DNA of 64,000 nt from Gnetum montanum (taxonomy: Eukaryota; Plantae; Gnetophyta), in contig MNCI01002812.1 in NCBI GenBank assembly GCA_015680685.1, positions 724,830-788,829 of the forward strand, given 5' to 3'. A program made the translations under genes and the position numbers. This document shows positions 23,843 through 37,079 of the stretch, piece after piece. Position 1 is the stretch's first letter. Each line of letters starts with the position of its first letter. Below the pieces are notes generated by a model. The model was not told the DNA's origin, searched no databases, and worked only from the letters and a program-made list of their open reading frames with translations.

Positions 23843-26800
23843 GGTACATATCCCTTCCATTCTTTTCATAGAGATGTTGTATTTCATTGACTCTTTTGAT
23901 GATGAAGCTAGTCATTTTAGTACCATCATTCGTGGTATCAAGGTTAACATAGAAATTGATCCAAACTTCTTTTGCAACATGTTTGGTGTTCCCGCTGATG
24001 GGGCAAAGGTTCCCACTAGGATAGTAAATGAATCAAGCCATTGTGACAAAGTTTTGAAGTGGCTTGATGTCAACATGAGCCACTCCAAAACTTTCATGAA
24101 TAGATCCATGAACCTTGATGTAAGGGAGTCATACCTTTTGTTAAGGTCTCTTACTTTTCCTAAACTAATATCATAAAAGAAGATGATTGGCATTACGTAA
24201 GGGTGAACCTTCAAGAAGGTCCTGATGGAGGATACCAAGTTTGACTAGGCAACTACTTTGATTGTTGGGCTTCAAGTGGAGATCCTTAGGCTCCATGTAG
24301 ACACATCAAAAATAATCCATATGCACTATGCATTTTTTTTCAGTTATTTAAAGAGGTTTGTAGAGTTTTTAGTGGTAAGTAGGAATGGGCGATGGGTTTT
24401 CCAAGACCCAAGACAACTTTCTAGGCCTTGGATAAAACACATTTATCCAATGGTGCAAGCTCAAAATCCACTAGAGGGGATGGATGATTCATTATCCATT
24501 ATCACTAAGGATCTCTATGTTAGGTAGTGTGAGTCTCTTGATAGCACAAATGACAAGGAGGCTCTTGAGTTTCCAATAAGCTTCCTAGATGCTAAATGTT
24601 AACATATGAAGATTGAAGGGGTAGCCAAGGAGAACCTTAAGAGGCTTATGGAGGAAACACCACCTGCATTAGACCAACCTTCCCTAAAGAAGCTTAAGTT
24701 TAAGCTTAAGTCATTGTAGCGGGTAGTCATAGGTAAGCTTTATCTATATTTTGGCTATTTTGTACTTTAAGAGTTATTGGACATGTTATGGTTTTATGTG
24801 TTAATCAATGTTCTATGTGATATTATTGTAGCTAAGCATCAGGTCATGGTATCCCAAGCTACCATAGAGGAGGAGCATAGGCATGCTAGAGAGGTACTTC
24901 TAAAGCAACCTCAGGTTGACAAGTGTGCCAATGAGGATATAGATGATTTAGATGTCCTATTTTGAGAGGCATTGTGAGGCACATCCCCTATTAAAATCCT
25001 AGAGTAGGAAGAGGAGGAGATAAGTATGCCTATGTTTTGATGCTTTTATTGTATCTTATTGTCTTTGGTTTTCACTCTAACCTTTCAATGATTGTTATGC
25101 TTATAGTAGTTCCTAAGCCACTAGTTCAAGTCCCTACCCCTGAGTTTCCTGTGAAACCATGGGTAGAGGTCCTAGGCAAGGTGGAATTTCTACATGGGAT
25201 AGCTAAGCACATCATCAACCAATTGCACCTAAGATAGGTAAAAGATTTACTTTTAAATGTCTAGTTATTTGCCTATATTATAGGCTATGTGTGCGTTATG
25301 CATTATGTTCATGGTTGCATTTGTTATGCTTTTGTAGTGCCTTCTATGGAGTGGGACCCCAACAAAGGCATGAAGATTAACTCCTTGCTCAAGCTCCCTG
25401 TTGATGTATCTAGTGTACCCTTGAAGCTATATGAGACCACTACTGATCTAGCAATGTTGTGTGCCAAAGCTTCATGGATGCTAGAGAGGTCCAACGAATC
25501 CCTATGGGATGAGATTTTGGCCCTAAGGGAGAAGACTCAATAGCATGAGGAGATGATTAGAGATCTTTGGGATTGCAAGACCTTTGTAGGAGCCTAAGTG
25601 GCTAACTTAGGGGAATTTATGTTCCAAAGACATCACGTGGGTCCATTATTGGTACACAATTCAAGATAAGGTAGCACTTTTACAAGAGATGATGGAACAA
25701 TAGATGCAGATGAGCCCCATCTCCTAGAAGGTGAAGGACTAGAAGGATCATTATGATTATGTTCTAGAGTGGGGTAAGAAACAAAAGGTCCACAAGCGAC
25801 ACTATATGGTGGATCATGGGGCCTACCTTAAGTGGCTCAAGGAGGAATCAGTTGAATGGTGCAAAAGAGAGTTGTTCATCCAAGTGATCTAGGCAAAGAG
25901 TGTTTGTTAGCTCTTTGAGATCACTCTCATGGTGGAGGGATCCCCTACTCTTTAGATTACTACTACCATAAGTGAGATGCCTATGGCTGTTGCTACTTAG
26001 GAGCCTTCTACTTGGACTCCTATAGATAGGACTGGCATCCTTTCTGGTGTTAATCTTGGGGATGTTGATTGGGTGAACATGATGAAGGACTAGATCCTCC
26101 ATCATTGGAGGAAGGCCTACCCCATCTACTATTTAAAGTCATGGAGCCAGAATTCCCATAGTCTTGATGCATTTTATATATTTTAGTTTTGTAGTTTTCA
26201 TCTATGGTTTTGGCTATGGGTTGCTAACTAGCCATATGTGTTGTTGTATTTTAGGTGTTAAGAGACATTGGTGGCCCCAACGATGAGGGTGGAGATGTGT
26301 TCCCTCTCCCTCCTCTAGATGCCCCTTAGCATCCTCCATCTACCTCTTCTTTAGGGATTTTGTTAGAGACTTATTTTTATTTTCATGTTGATGGCTATGA
26401 TTAGCCAAGACTATGTTTTGGAATCCACTTTTATGTTAAGAGATCTTTCTCCCTTAGGTAGTTTATTCCTTCCCTATTTTATGTATGTTTTGAGTCATCA
26501 CTTCTACAAGTATGACTAGACTCTTTCAGAGTGTTTCCTTACTCATATAGCCTAGAACCATTTGGTCAATGTGAAGTTTAGTGTTTACATAGTGAATAAA
26601 GCTTAAGATTTTTCCTCATTTTTGCAACATGGATGCCTTCAATATTAAAATATCAAAAAATTATAAACATTAAAACCATAAAAATATTTATTCATTTCTT
26701 ATTTTCATAAGCTGTGATGATTTAACCTTGCCTAAGGAGGTCATGACTATAAAAAATAGCATTAGACCATTAAGATTACAAGTAAGTGCTATTTTATTTG

Positions 26801-27150
26801 CATTTTTATGTTTGTGTGTAGAGGTGCACTTGTTCCCTTGAGGGATTGCAACACATATGTATGTGTGTGCATGTATATGAGCATTGCCCCTATCCTTAGG
26901 TAGGATTACAATGTATGTGCATGTTTGTTTTGTTTCTTATAAATATAAGAATCTATAAAAATTATAAAATAAAAAATTATAAATATTTTCTTACTCTCTT
27001 ACCATAGCAAGATGAGTTATCCCTGTACCATATGTATTATATGTAGCATAATATCTTTCATATTTATTAAATGCAATGATATACATGAGTGTTCTTTTTG
27101 ATACACTTAATATCATCCTCAAAGCTTACCACTATATTGCACTACAATTT

Positions 27151-28133
27151 TGATGAGTGGTGAGGTACCCCTACACTAAACCATACAAATACGAGCGTTC
27201 ACACAAGATCCGTTCAAAATTTATGGACGGGCTAGTTGTGGTATCTAGATAGTTACACATTGATCGCAGTTTGTTATCTTCCCAACTAGACTAGTATTTG
27301 CTTTGTCACATATGGTTTAGTTTAGAGTGAGGTGTAAGATGTGGGCCTAAACTAGTGCTACTCCTAGAGGTAATTGAAAATAACTTTGTTTTAAGCTAAG
27401 AGGCAATGTGAAGCAAAATCAAACTAGCCTAAGTGCGATGAGCATCTATCCCTTAATCATCTGTACACATCTTGGACCTCATGTACTACTCCTAGCATTA
27501 CCAAGCATATATTACTTGAGCACTCCTAGATACGCTACTGGGTTATCAAGTAGTCACATTGAATTCTCATGATTAATTTGTACTCATTCTGAGTTTAATA
27601 ACAAGGATAGTAAATGAAGGGTAAGAAATATTAATTAAGAAAATAATAAATAACAATAACAGTAAGAAATTAAAACTAAGTGAATGTTATAATGATGAAG
27701 TAAGCTAGATCTTTATTGCTAGTCATGTGTGTGTCCAAGTGTGTCACACTTGAATAAAGGTTCCATACAATTATAAATATCACACTATGGGCATGCACTG
27801 GGGAAAGAGTTGAGATAAATTAAAAATGAATAAAAAGACTCTACACTTACACCTACTACCTCTAACTTACTCCCCTTCCTATGCATCTAAGGTATATTTA
27901 TAGGCTTACATAGGAATCACAATATCATGTATCTAATATTGCTATCCAAGCTGCGATATCACATACTTAATATCATGTACCCAATATCGAGGGTCAGATA
28001 TCAAGGGTCCGATATCGAGGATCCAATGTCAAGGGTGAAGGATTCAATTTCAAGGGTTTGACATCAAGGGTTCTACGTCAAGGGTCCAATGTCAAGGGTT
28101 CGATATCAACACCTAACAAACCATGATTTTTCA
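27151..28133 (-). repeat. 3' LTR of element C
   Basis: Highly similar to 31318-32265. GATATC/TCAAGGG tandem repeats in U3. Confidence 0.95.
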
Positions 28134-30169
28134 TACCCCCACAACTAAATAACAACTCATCCTTAAGTCAAAGAGAGTGAGGAACAAGTTCATTGAATTA
28201 CAAACATGGGATAGGTATCAGATTATTAAATGACCATGGACTATTTCATGTTGCAATATGGGACTAAATAAAATTTGGACATAGACACAAAAGATAAAAC
28301 TTGTGGAACTCATGGGGTTCCTAGTGGTGGTGGCCCCTCCGTGGGTGCCTTTCCTTGTCTTGCACTCTAGGATTCTAAGATTGATGTCATTGAAGAAGTG
28401 CTTAACCTTTCTCCTCTTCTATCCAAGGATTATGAGCCATCCATGCTGATGTTCCAATGTGTGATGGAGTTGGCACTTCCCATGGACATGGTAGCTGTGG
28501 GAACACTAGATTGGCCTTAACATGCCATGCCAAAAATAGCCATAATTCCTTTTCATAGGCTCAAGCACTGACCTCTCCACCTTTTTCTTGGCCAGATTGT
28601 ATAGTGACAGAAGTTCCCTGATGAATGCTGAATGATTGTGCCTCCTCCCCTACATGTTATGCATGAGGTCCTTGGCCTCTACCTCCCCCTAGGTGTTCAC
28701 TTGCACCTTGAGAAGGTCCTCCTTGTTGTCCTCTTTTAGGGGCCATCTATAATCACACAAAGATCAATTATTAGTAAGTTTATTGAAAGAAGTTCAATTA
28801 TTTCATACCTTACTCATTGCCTTTAATACATGTTAAATTCTTTGCTTAGTGTGATTTTAGAGTTAGAAATTGTTTCAAGGAAGTTGCCATAAAAGTTTAA
28901 TGTCAGACTTGATTTGTTTAGGTGACACATAAAAAGACATGTAATGGTTTTGAGGAACATTTGATAAAATGATGACAAAGGAAAGAATAGATTTGGCAAT
29001 GAAGTACTCGGAGGGTATAAAATGATGTGGTGGTGTGCAACAAGTATAAATTACAAAAAGTCACACAAGTGGGTCCTCCCCAAAGTAGGTTCCTACCTAT
29101 CATGCCCTTACATAACTATACCCAAAAATGTCTATAGGTACTAAAAGGTTTAAATATAATCCCCACTAGTTTCACAAAACACACACATGTAGATACCACC
29201 ATGATGAGATATGAATTAAATGCTACACAAGACACGAGTCACAAATACATGAACAACGAGATGAGGTGAATTGTAGAAGGGATTGCAGAGTTGGGACATG
29301 AGGTAACTGACCCAGGGCATAATGAATCTTGAGTGTAGGATGCGATTAATGTGTCATTAGCCTATTGCTCCAAAATCAAGACCAAGTCCATTTCTTTGAT
29401 CAGTGACATTGCATTGCTTCATCCAATGATGGATAACCATAAGAGAATCCTAATAGCAAGGCATATGATCACTTGAAATTTTTTTCAAGGGAGGAGTGAT
29501 TTGGAACAAGTGCACCTCTACACACAAACATACAAATGCAAATAAAATAGCACATCAAAAGCCACCAAATGGTTCAGATATGACCAGGGCCCCAGTGGTT
29601 ATAGATGTCACCAAAGAGAATCCAAAAGTCCCCTTGATATCACACCCTGGTCATTTCTACTTAGTCCATCCTTCTTCGCTCTGGGCATAATGAGCACAAA
29701 ATTACTTTAAGTTTTAATGATGTCAAGAATATCATCATACCTAGAGTAGAACCTCTTATTAATAGAATGGGTGAGTGGATGTTGTGGGCTTGCTGTCCAA
29801 ATAATTAGTTACTTGAGACTTGATAGCAGAGAACAACACCTCAACTATTGAGTCACATGAGTGCTTTATTCATAAATGAGATTACTCATAAAAAGATAGA
29901 AAAGAAAGAAAGAAAGAAAAAGAAAAAAAATAAAACATTAAGTAAATAAAAATATGAAACAACAAATTGAAAGATGAAAAACTGGAAAACAACAAATTGT
30001 AAAATTAAGGAAAAGGAAAAACATTTATTAATTCTGTTTGTTACAATGGAGGATATCCCCCATAACTACACAGTTGAGCATGGCTAGAATTAACAANCAA
30101 TGGAGGATATCCCCCATAACTACACAGTTGAGCATGGCTAAAATTAACAAATGGAAGATTGGAATCCAT

Positions 30170-30900
30170 GCATGTTGGAAATATTGGGCCCTAGTCATAT
30201 CCAAACCCCAACATTCTCCCATTTACCCATTTCTCCTTCTTCTTTTGCTACTCACTTAATAAGCTCTTGGAATTGGTGGGTTTGGAGTTCATATAGTTGA
30301 CCTAGGGCATACATCCCTAGGGTTTCCCTTGTTTCATTACGGAGCCCATCCATGATATGGTACATTATCCTTTCCTTAGAGAATCCATGGCCTAGGAAAT
30401 TGTTTTAAAATGAATAGTATCTTTCTAAGGCCATGTCCAAGGATTCATGTTGCCCTTGTTTCCACTCTTGGATTTGTCTCCTCAAGGCTAATACTCTTGC
30501 ATAGGTTTGATATCTTTCATTGAAGAGTTTTACCATTGTTGGCCAATGTCAAATTGATTTTGGTCTTAAGGACCTGTACCGGTCTTAAGGACCTGTACCG
30601 GTCTTAAGGACCTGTACCATACTTTTGCTTGGCCAATGAGTGTCATAGGAAAGAGCTTAAGTTTTTGCCGTCCATTATTAATATTGTTCCATACACATGC
30701 ATCATGGAAGGCTTGTAAATGATGTTGTGGATCTAAATCATAGCCTCCTGAAAACTTGGGAAAGATGTTTAAATCAAGCTTGGGTAGACAACTTTCCTTG
30801 CGATGCCTGCGGGATATTCAAACAACCTATTGTATATGCATTAGGCTCTTAGTGGCCAACAGGGGTTCATTGTCACTAAGTAGGTTATAATTTTGTGAGT
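30170..30900 (-). pseudogene. Element C gag remnant
   Basis: FPKFSGGYDLDPQHHLQAFHDAC..KLKLFPMTLIGQAKVWY, homologous to the element D gag. Confidence 0.85.
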
Positions 30901-31317
30901 TGAGATGATATTGTCTTTGTTCATGTTGGCATTCCTGACTTTGCCTGTGGGTTCAATTTTTATTTCTATGTCGACCCCTTGAGGAATAGTCATCCATTCT
31001 TGGGGATGTCCCATCTTCACTAGAGGTGTTTGATTTGGATGACAAAAGTCCTTGAGTATCATTGGGGTGCTTATGAACATATGAGGCTCCTACATAAGAT
31101 TGAGTACTCCAAACTTCTTTGTTGATCCTCCAAGGAATTACCTTGCTAGATGTTGTGTTATCACTATCTTGTAAAAGAGACATGGTTGTAAATTATGTGT
31201 GACTTAACAAAATTTAATTTCTTTGCTTGAAAGATATATTGTTAATACCCTATTACAGCGATCTTGTATGATATAACTAATCTAGATAACTAGCACCATC
31301 CCTGACAATGGTACCAA

Positions 31318-32265
31318 TGATGAGTGGTGAGGTACCCCTATACTCAACCATACGAATATGAGCATTCACACACGATCCAGTCGAACTCCATGGACGGGCT
31401 AGTTGTGGTATCGAGATAGTTACACATTGATTGTAGTTCGTTGTCTTCCCACATGGACTAGTATTTGCTTTGTCACGTATGGTTTAGTCTAGAGTAAGGT
31501 GTATGATGTGGGCCTAAACTAGTGCTACTCCTAAAGGTAATGGAAAATAACTTTGTTTTAAGCTAAGAGGCAATGCAAAGAAAAACCTAACTAGCCTATG
31601 TGTGATGAGCATCCATCCCTTAATCATCCATACACATCTTGGACCTCGTGTACTACTCCTGGAATTACCAAGTGTATATTACTTCAGTGCTCCTAGATAC
31701 GCTATTGGATTACCAAGTAGTCACACTTGAATTCTTGTGATTAAGTCGTACTCATTCTGTGTTTAATAACAGGGATAGTAAATGAAAAGTAAGAAATATT
31801 AATTAGGAAAATAATAAATAACAATAACAGTAAGCTTAAAACTAAGTGAATGCTGCAATGATGAAGTAATCTCGATCTTTATTGCTGGTCATGTGCGTGT
31901 CCAAGTACGTCACACTCGAATAAAGGTTCCATACAATTACAATCATCACACTATGGGCATGCACTAGGGAAAGAGTTGAGATGAAATAAAAATGAATAAA
32001 AAGATTCTACACTTACACCTACTGACTCTAACTTACTCCCCTTCCTATGCACCCAAAGGTGTATTTATAGGCTTACATAGGAATCGCAATATCGTGTATC
32101 CGATATCATTATCTAGGTTGTGATATTACGTACCCAATATCGTGTACCCGATATCGAGGGTCCAATGTCAAGGGTCCAACATCAAGGGTTCAAGGTCAAG
32201 GGTCCAATGTCAAGGTTTTGATGTCAAGGGTTTGATATCAGCACCTGACAAACCACGATTCATCA
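31318..32265 (-). repeat. 5' LTR of element C
   Basis: TGATG...CATCA, adjacent to the PBS. Confidence 0.95.
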
Positions 32266-33279
32266 AATTTGTATGATATATCCCTTTGGTTCAAAATTGG
32301 CAAGACCTCTATTAAATGCTTTACGTTCATCATTTATTTATTACTCAAAGAAAATACTATATTGAGAATCATAACCATTAGCTATAAGTTGTTTATCAAC
32401 ATCATATATGATCTTTAAATTGCAATTATTATTAATTGAGTAGGTTAAATTTATCATATCAATATTAAAATATTCATGAAAGTTTTTATCCCCATTGATT
32501 TCTCTACTATTGCATATATTTTTTATCTTCTAGTTGTAGCTTTCTATCTCCTTTGATTTATCCCCTATTGTTTCAATTTTCAACTTGACTTTTTTTATCC
32601 TCTAGTTCATCCTATTTTTTAAATCTTTGAATTTTACATAGTTTTCTTTTCTTCTCACCTTCTTTTGTCTTGAAATTATATATATATAAGCTGGACATAA
32701 GTCTTCTTGCTTGTAATACTAATTCATGTTTCCAGATTAGAGATTGATTTCATAAAAAAAATACAAGAACCAAATTATATGGAAATAGATTTTATATACT
32801 TAATAGGATTGAGAAGATTAACATTTTGTTTCTTAGCTCTTTGAAAAATAGCCCACTAAAATACGAAACTTTAAAATATTCTTTAGATTACATATCAAAA
32901 TTTAGAGTCCACTTACAAATAATCAACATTGTATGGTTATATATAAATAACTTTGTATCTAGGGCATGTTGTAGCCTAGAAACATTACCTAATTCAATAA
33001 TAGGTGGGAAACCTAAATAGTGCATGAGTGACTTGAATATTATATTTTTACATCTTATCATTTAGTGAGAAGAAAGGAAAATTCTTACTCCTAAATAACC
33101 TAAAATTTCATTGTACCCTCCATAGCATGCATATTATTTCTTTGCAAGATGTTTCAAATCAATATTTCCCAAAATTAAATATCTTATTTGCAATGACATT
33201 GCTAAGAAAAGCTATCACAAACATATAAAACTAGATTCCAACAACCAACAATAATTCAATAATTCAATCTTCGTGAAAA

Positions 33280-34130
33280 AGAAAGAAGTAGTTTAGACGC
33301 CCTATACAACTTCTGCTTTCAATGTATTTTAGATACCGAGGCGAGTCTCAAAACTATGCTGAAACGCTTTTGGAAAAGTATGCATAAAAAATTTAAAAAA
33401 TATTTACGTTAATAACATATCCATTAGGTTTAAGGTTTTGTATATATAATATAATCTCACATCTTATTTGAGTTTGCCAGCACGTTTCTGAAATCGTGTT
33501 AACGTCTCATTTGCTTCTCAAATACATGTCTTGACGTCTCTGTTTCCAAGTATAGGGACTCACTAAACCTATGTTCAAAGTGATGGTTAAATTACAAAGA
33601 AAGACTTCAGTGTAGATTGAAAAATTCTTTCGCACCCAGAGCGATTTCAATCCGCAGAATTAGTAAGAAAAAGTTATATCTATACATATTATCGTTATAC
33701 ACTTTGGTTTAATTTTAAATTGAAACATTAAAGATATACCAAATTGGATTATTTATTAACCTGGCATTAATCACGGATAGTGGAGATCTCACACAAACTA
33801 TGACCCGAACTCCAATCAACGGGAACTGCAATACGGTTATTGATCGGTGAAAGCGCAATCAATGGCCAATATAAAAAACATTAAGAAATTACACGAAGAT
33901 GAAAACCATTACAAAATGCACGTGACATTTACATTTTTCTCTGAAGCTCGGATGTCCAAGTATTTCACAAAGGCAAACACGTCCACCCCCGTTGCATTCT
34001 CAAACGTCCAGCACTTACAAAGATAGTACGTAATAAAAGGATGATCTTAATTCCCTCATATTTTGACTTCTGCATATGGAGGGATCAACACTAATTTCCT
34101 TAAAGTCTACGCAGCAGCTTCTGATGCTCT
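33280..34130. promoter_or_regulatory. CpG-retaining non-TE island, candidate host cis-regulatory region
   Basis: Many intact CG dinucleotides versus depleted flanks. G-box CACGTG at 33919-33924, other ACGT cores, and CCAAT at ~33812 and ~33866. Confidence 0.4.
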
Positions 34131-37079
34131 GTGGAAGGGTTTGAAACAGTACCTTCTTTACCCTGAATTTTTTGAGATGCATTTGAGGCCATGTTGATGA
34201 GGCTGCATTGATGTGATTAATTAAAAACTTATTTTTAAGTCAAAGAAACTAAGATATAGTTATTTACATAATTAGGAAAGCATGGAATTAATTGATTGAC
34301 TAACTAAAATTTGGGTTCCACATGACATAAAAAACTATTCAAGTACTTTTTACAATTTGACTCTCAAAATCAGACATTACAAAAATAACCTTAGTATATA
34401 CAAAAATGATTCCAAGGGAGATGCCTTAAGTTGTAATTGGAGATAGTGGTTCATGATGCGCATGTGGTTGCTCCTCCTACTTTGGTTGTTGTTGTGGCTA
34501 CCCTCCTACTTTGGTTGTTGTTGTGGCTGCCCTACTACTACTACTATTGCTTCTTCTGGTAGCTTGAACAAGTTAAAGCAACACCTTTATCTTCTCTTCC
34601 TTTCTCATAGGATCATTTGTTTTCCAAACTGCATCACCTAGAGTAGGGAATATTTCCTTGGTATTGATGAATCAGCCAATGAATTATTTGCATTCAATGT
34701 CTAATGCTCTTTGTTTTTTAGTGCCTAGTGGTCTATCTTTCTCTTGGCCAAGTTCTCTATGACTGCTTGCTAGTCTTTGAATTTGGATCTGAAAACCTCA
34801 AGCTCTATATTATCTATCTCCAACCTCTAATTTGTCTCCTTGTGAAGCTTGAATTTACCCTCATACAAGAGATATGAACTATTCACCTACTTTTTAAATA
34901 TTGATCTTAGCCTTCTAGCAGTCAACATTAATAGATTTGTGTATGGAAGTTGGTAAGCTTCATGTATTCCATCATCTTCTCAATTTGTAACTTCTTCATG
35001 CATATTGCTATCTTATTGTATGTATTAAGTCCATTGAAGATGGGCTTTCATGTGATGCCTCTTTGTTGGAGTTTTTGGAGGGCATAAGATGTTGTTCATC
35101 TTTACGTTGACCAATTGGATCTCTTTTTCATTAATCTCCTTTAGCATGCCAACTTGATCCCTATAGTGATTGATAAAGTTAATTTTTGTTATGATGCGAT
35201 ATCGTAACAATGATGTCATAAATACAATGTCATGGTACATGCTACATCATTATTGATGCAATATCTCAGGATGCATGTAGCCCTATAAATACTAACACTT
35301 GGGTGCACAATTCATAATTTTTCATTTCTTTCTTAGCCAGATTTTTGCAGTTTGTTTTCATGGCCTTAGTGATAGAGTGAATGCCTGTAGTGTGATGTTT
35401 GATAATTGTACAGTGTCGTTATTTAAGTGGATTATACTTGGACATAGTTCATGACGGTAATAAAGATTGAGATTGCTTTCCATCATTGCAACATTCCCTT
35501 GGTTTCATTTGTTTGCTTAGCATAATCTTTACTATTTTTTTAGTTAATCATTTACATTTCAAACACTTTCTTTTACATGTTATTTGTAAGCAAAATGGAT
35601 ACAACTAGTCTTAAGCACTAAGTGTGGTTATCTGGTAACCTAATACTGGCATTTCTTGATTCACTTAGTAGTAATACCACTTGGTAATCCCAGTGATGAC
35701 TACATGAGTCCAAGGTGTGTATGGTAGACCAAGACAAGATATTCATCACAATAGGCTAAGTTAGATTTATGCATTCCTAGTTAACTAAGACTTTTATCTT
35801 AAACTATGCTTACTTTAGGAGCACTCAAGAGCCTCTCAACATTAGTTAATTATATGCCTCACTAAGAGCTAAACTATACATTTGAACTTCACTAGCTCAA
35901 AGTGGGAAGATAGCAATCATGAATTTAACATCAATTACTAGCATAATAACATTGTCCATCTATGGATTATGATCTAGTCAAGGGCTAGTACTCATGATTT
36001 GTATGGTAGAGTGTTGGGATACTTCACTACTCATCATTGACACCATTGTCGAGGATGTATCAATGTGTGCTAAATAATTGATCTTACGAACTTTGTTGTA
36101 TCAAGAACCATAAAGTCAATCTTCATAATCTTTGCATAATTCTAATAACACACACACAAGTTAAGCATCAAAAATATGACATGGATTTAACATACTGAGA
36201 AAAGATGTCACTTGCCAAAATACTACAAAAACGTTATGACATAAATCATGATGACGAAGATTAGAGTGCACCAATGCAAACAAGATTTTCATATGCTCAT
36301 AATGATCCATACTATCCTGAATTTACATTCATCGTTCATCAAGATGAATAATTCAGATGGAGGAATATAAAGGGCAACATAGTCTTACCACCAAAATGCT
36401 CCATACTGTACTGACTTAAATCGTCGGTGTAAGGCTGGAAGGGAAACANCATGAACAAGAAGAATACCAAGTCACAAAGAACATGAGTAGGTTATGCTAG
36501 CCAACAAAGGATTAGGCAAAAAGGAATGCTATTATGGAAGTTCAGCATGAATAACAGAAGGAAAAGAAAATCCCTTAGACAATTGTCCTAGAGGAAACTA
36601 AAGATACCTCACTCCAAGTTGATAAATTCTATCAACTTCAAAGATTCCACTCTCACACACCAATTATACACATTGAAGATCCTATCAACACAAAACTAAA
36701 GTCAACTCTTGCAAAGGCCCTTGGTAGGAATGCGAAAGACTCAAGATATAGGCAGAGCTCAAGGCCTAGAGCGTTTGACAAGCCAAAGGAGAATGAATCA
36801 AGGATTCACCAAAGGAGAACCAACCAGCACCATTCTCCAACTACTTCCTCCACCTCCTCATGCTCATTTACAGAGTTTGATAAGAAGGAACATCAATATA
36901 GAGACCATGATAAGGACAAACAAAGGGATGATGAGAGACATGAGTATAGAAGAAGATATCCTGATAGTGAAAAGAATGATTACAAACAAAGAAGAGAAAG
37001 AATGAGACATGAAAAAATGGAGCATAATGAACACAAAAGGGATTACAACTACAATAGAGTCTACGAATCCAATCACTAT

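Larger units (their letters stand above)
11891..26355 (+). pseudogene. Element A antisense multi-exon gene (FCP1/NIF-like pseudophosphatase + plant-transposon-protein-like domain), interrupted by element B
   Basis: Exons ~11891-12018, 13465-13908, 14002-14279, 14398-14571+23843-24732, 24832-25023, ~25107-25237, 25338-~26160, 26255-~26355. GT-AG introns match positions in copy E. Phases of introns 1-3 were checked and are consistent. Confidence 0.8.
2749..27000 (-). mobile_element. Element A: decayed Ty3/gypsy Tat-lineage (Ogre/Retand-like RT-RH-aRH-INT order) retrotransposon; 5' LTR not found; interrupted by element B
   Basis: 3' LTR, pol remnants including aRH, and collinearity with element E through pol, spacer and antisense gene. 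The right boundary is approximate. Confidence 0.8.
27151..32265 (-). mobile_element. Element C: Athila-like LTR retrotransposon, internally reduced (gag remnant, no pol)
   Basis: LTRs 27151-28133 and 31318-32265 with a perfect AATTT TSD. PBS at 31299-31316 (tggtaccattgtcaggga, decayed tRNA-Asp TGGCGCCGTTGCCGGGGA). PPT-like gggggta next to 28133. Confidence 0.93.

Noticed and set aside
11891-26355. Host gene interrupted by TEs
   Set aside because: Three decayed copies occur in the window, two in identical linkage to pol and LTR, with the same methylation-type stop codons as pol
30044-30150. 53-bp direct duplication
   Set aside because: The copies are separated by a single N, which is typical of a scaffold-join overlap artefact
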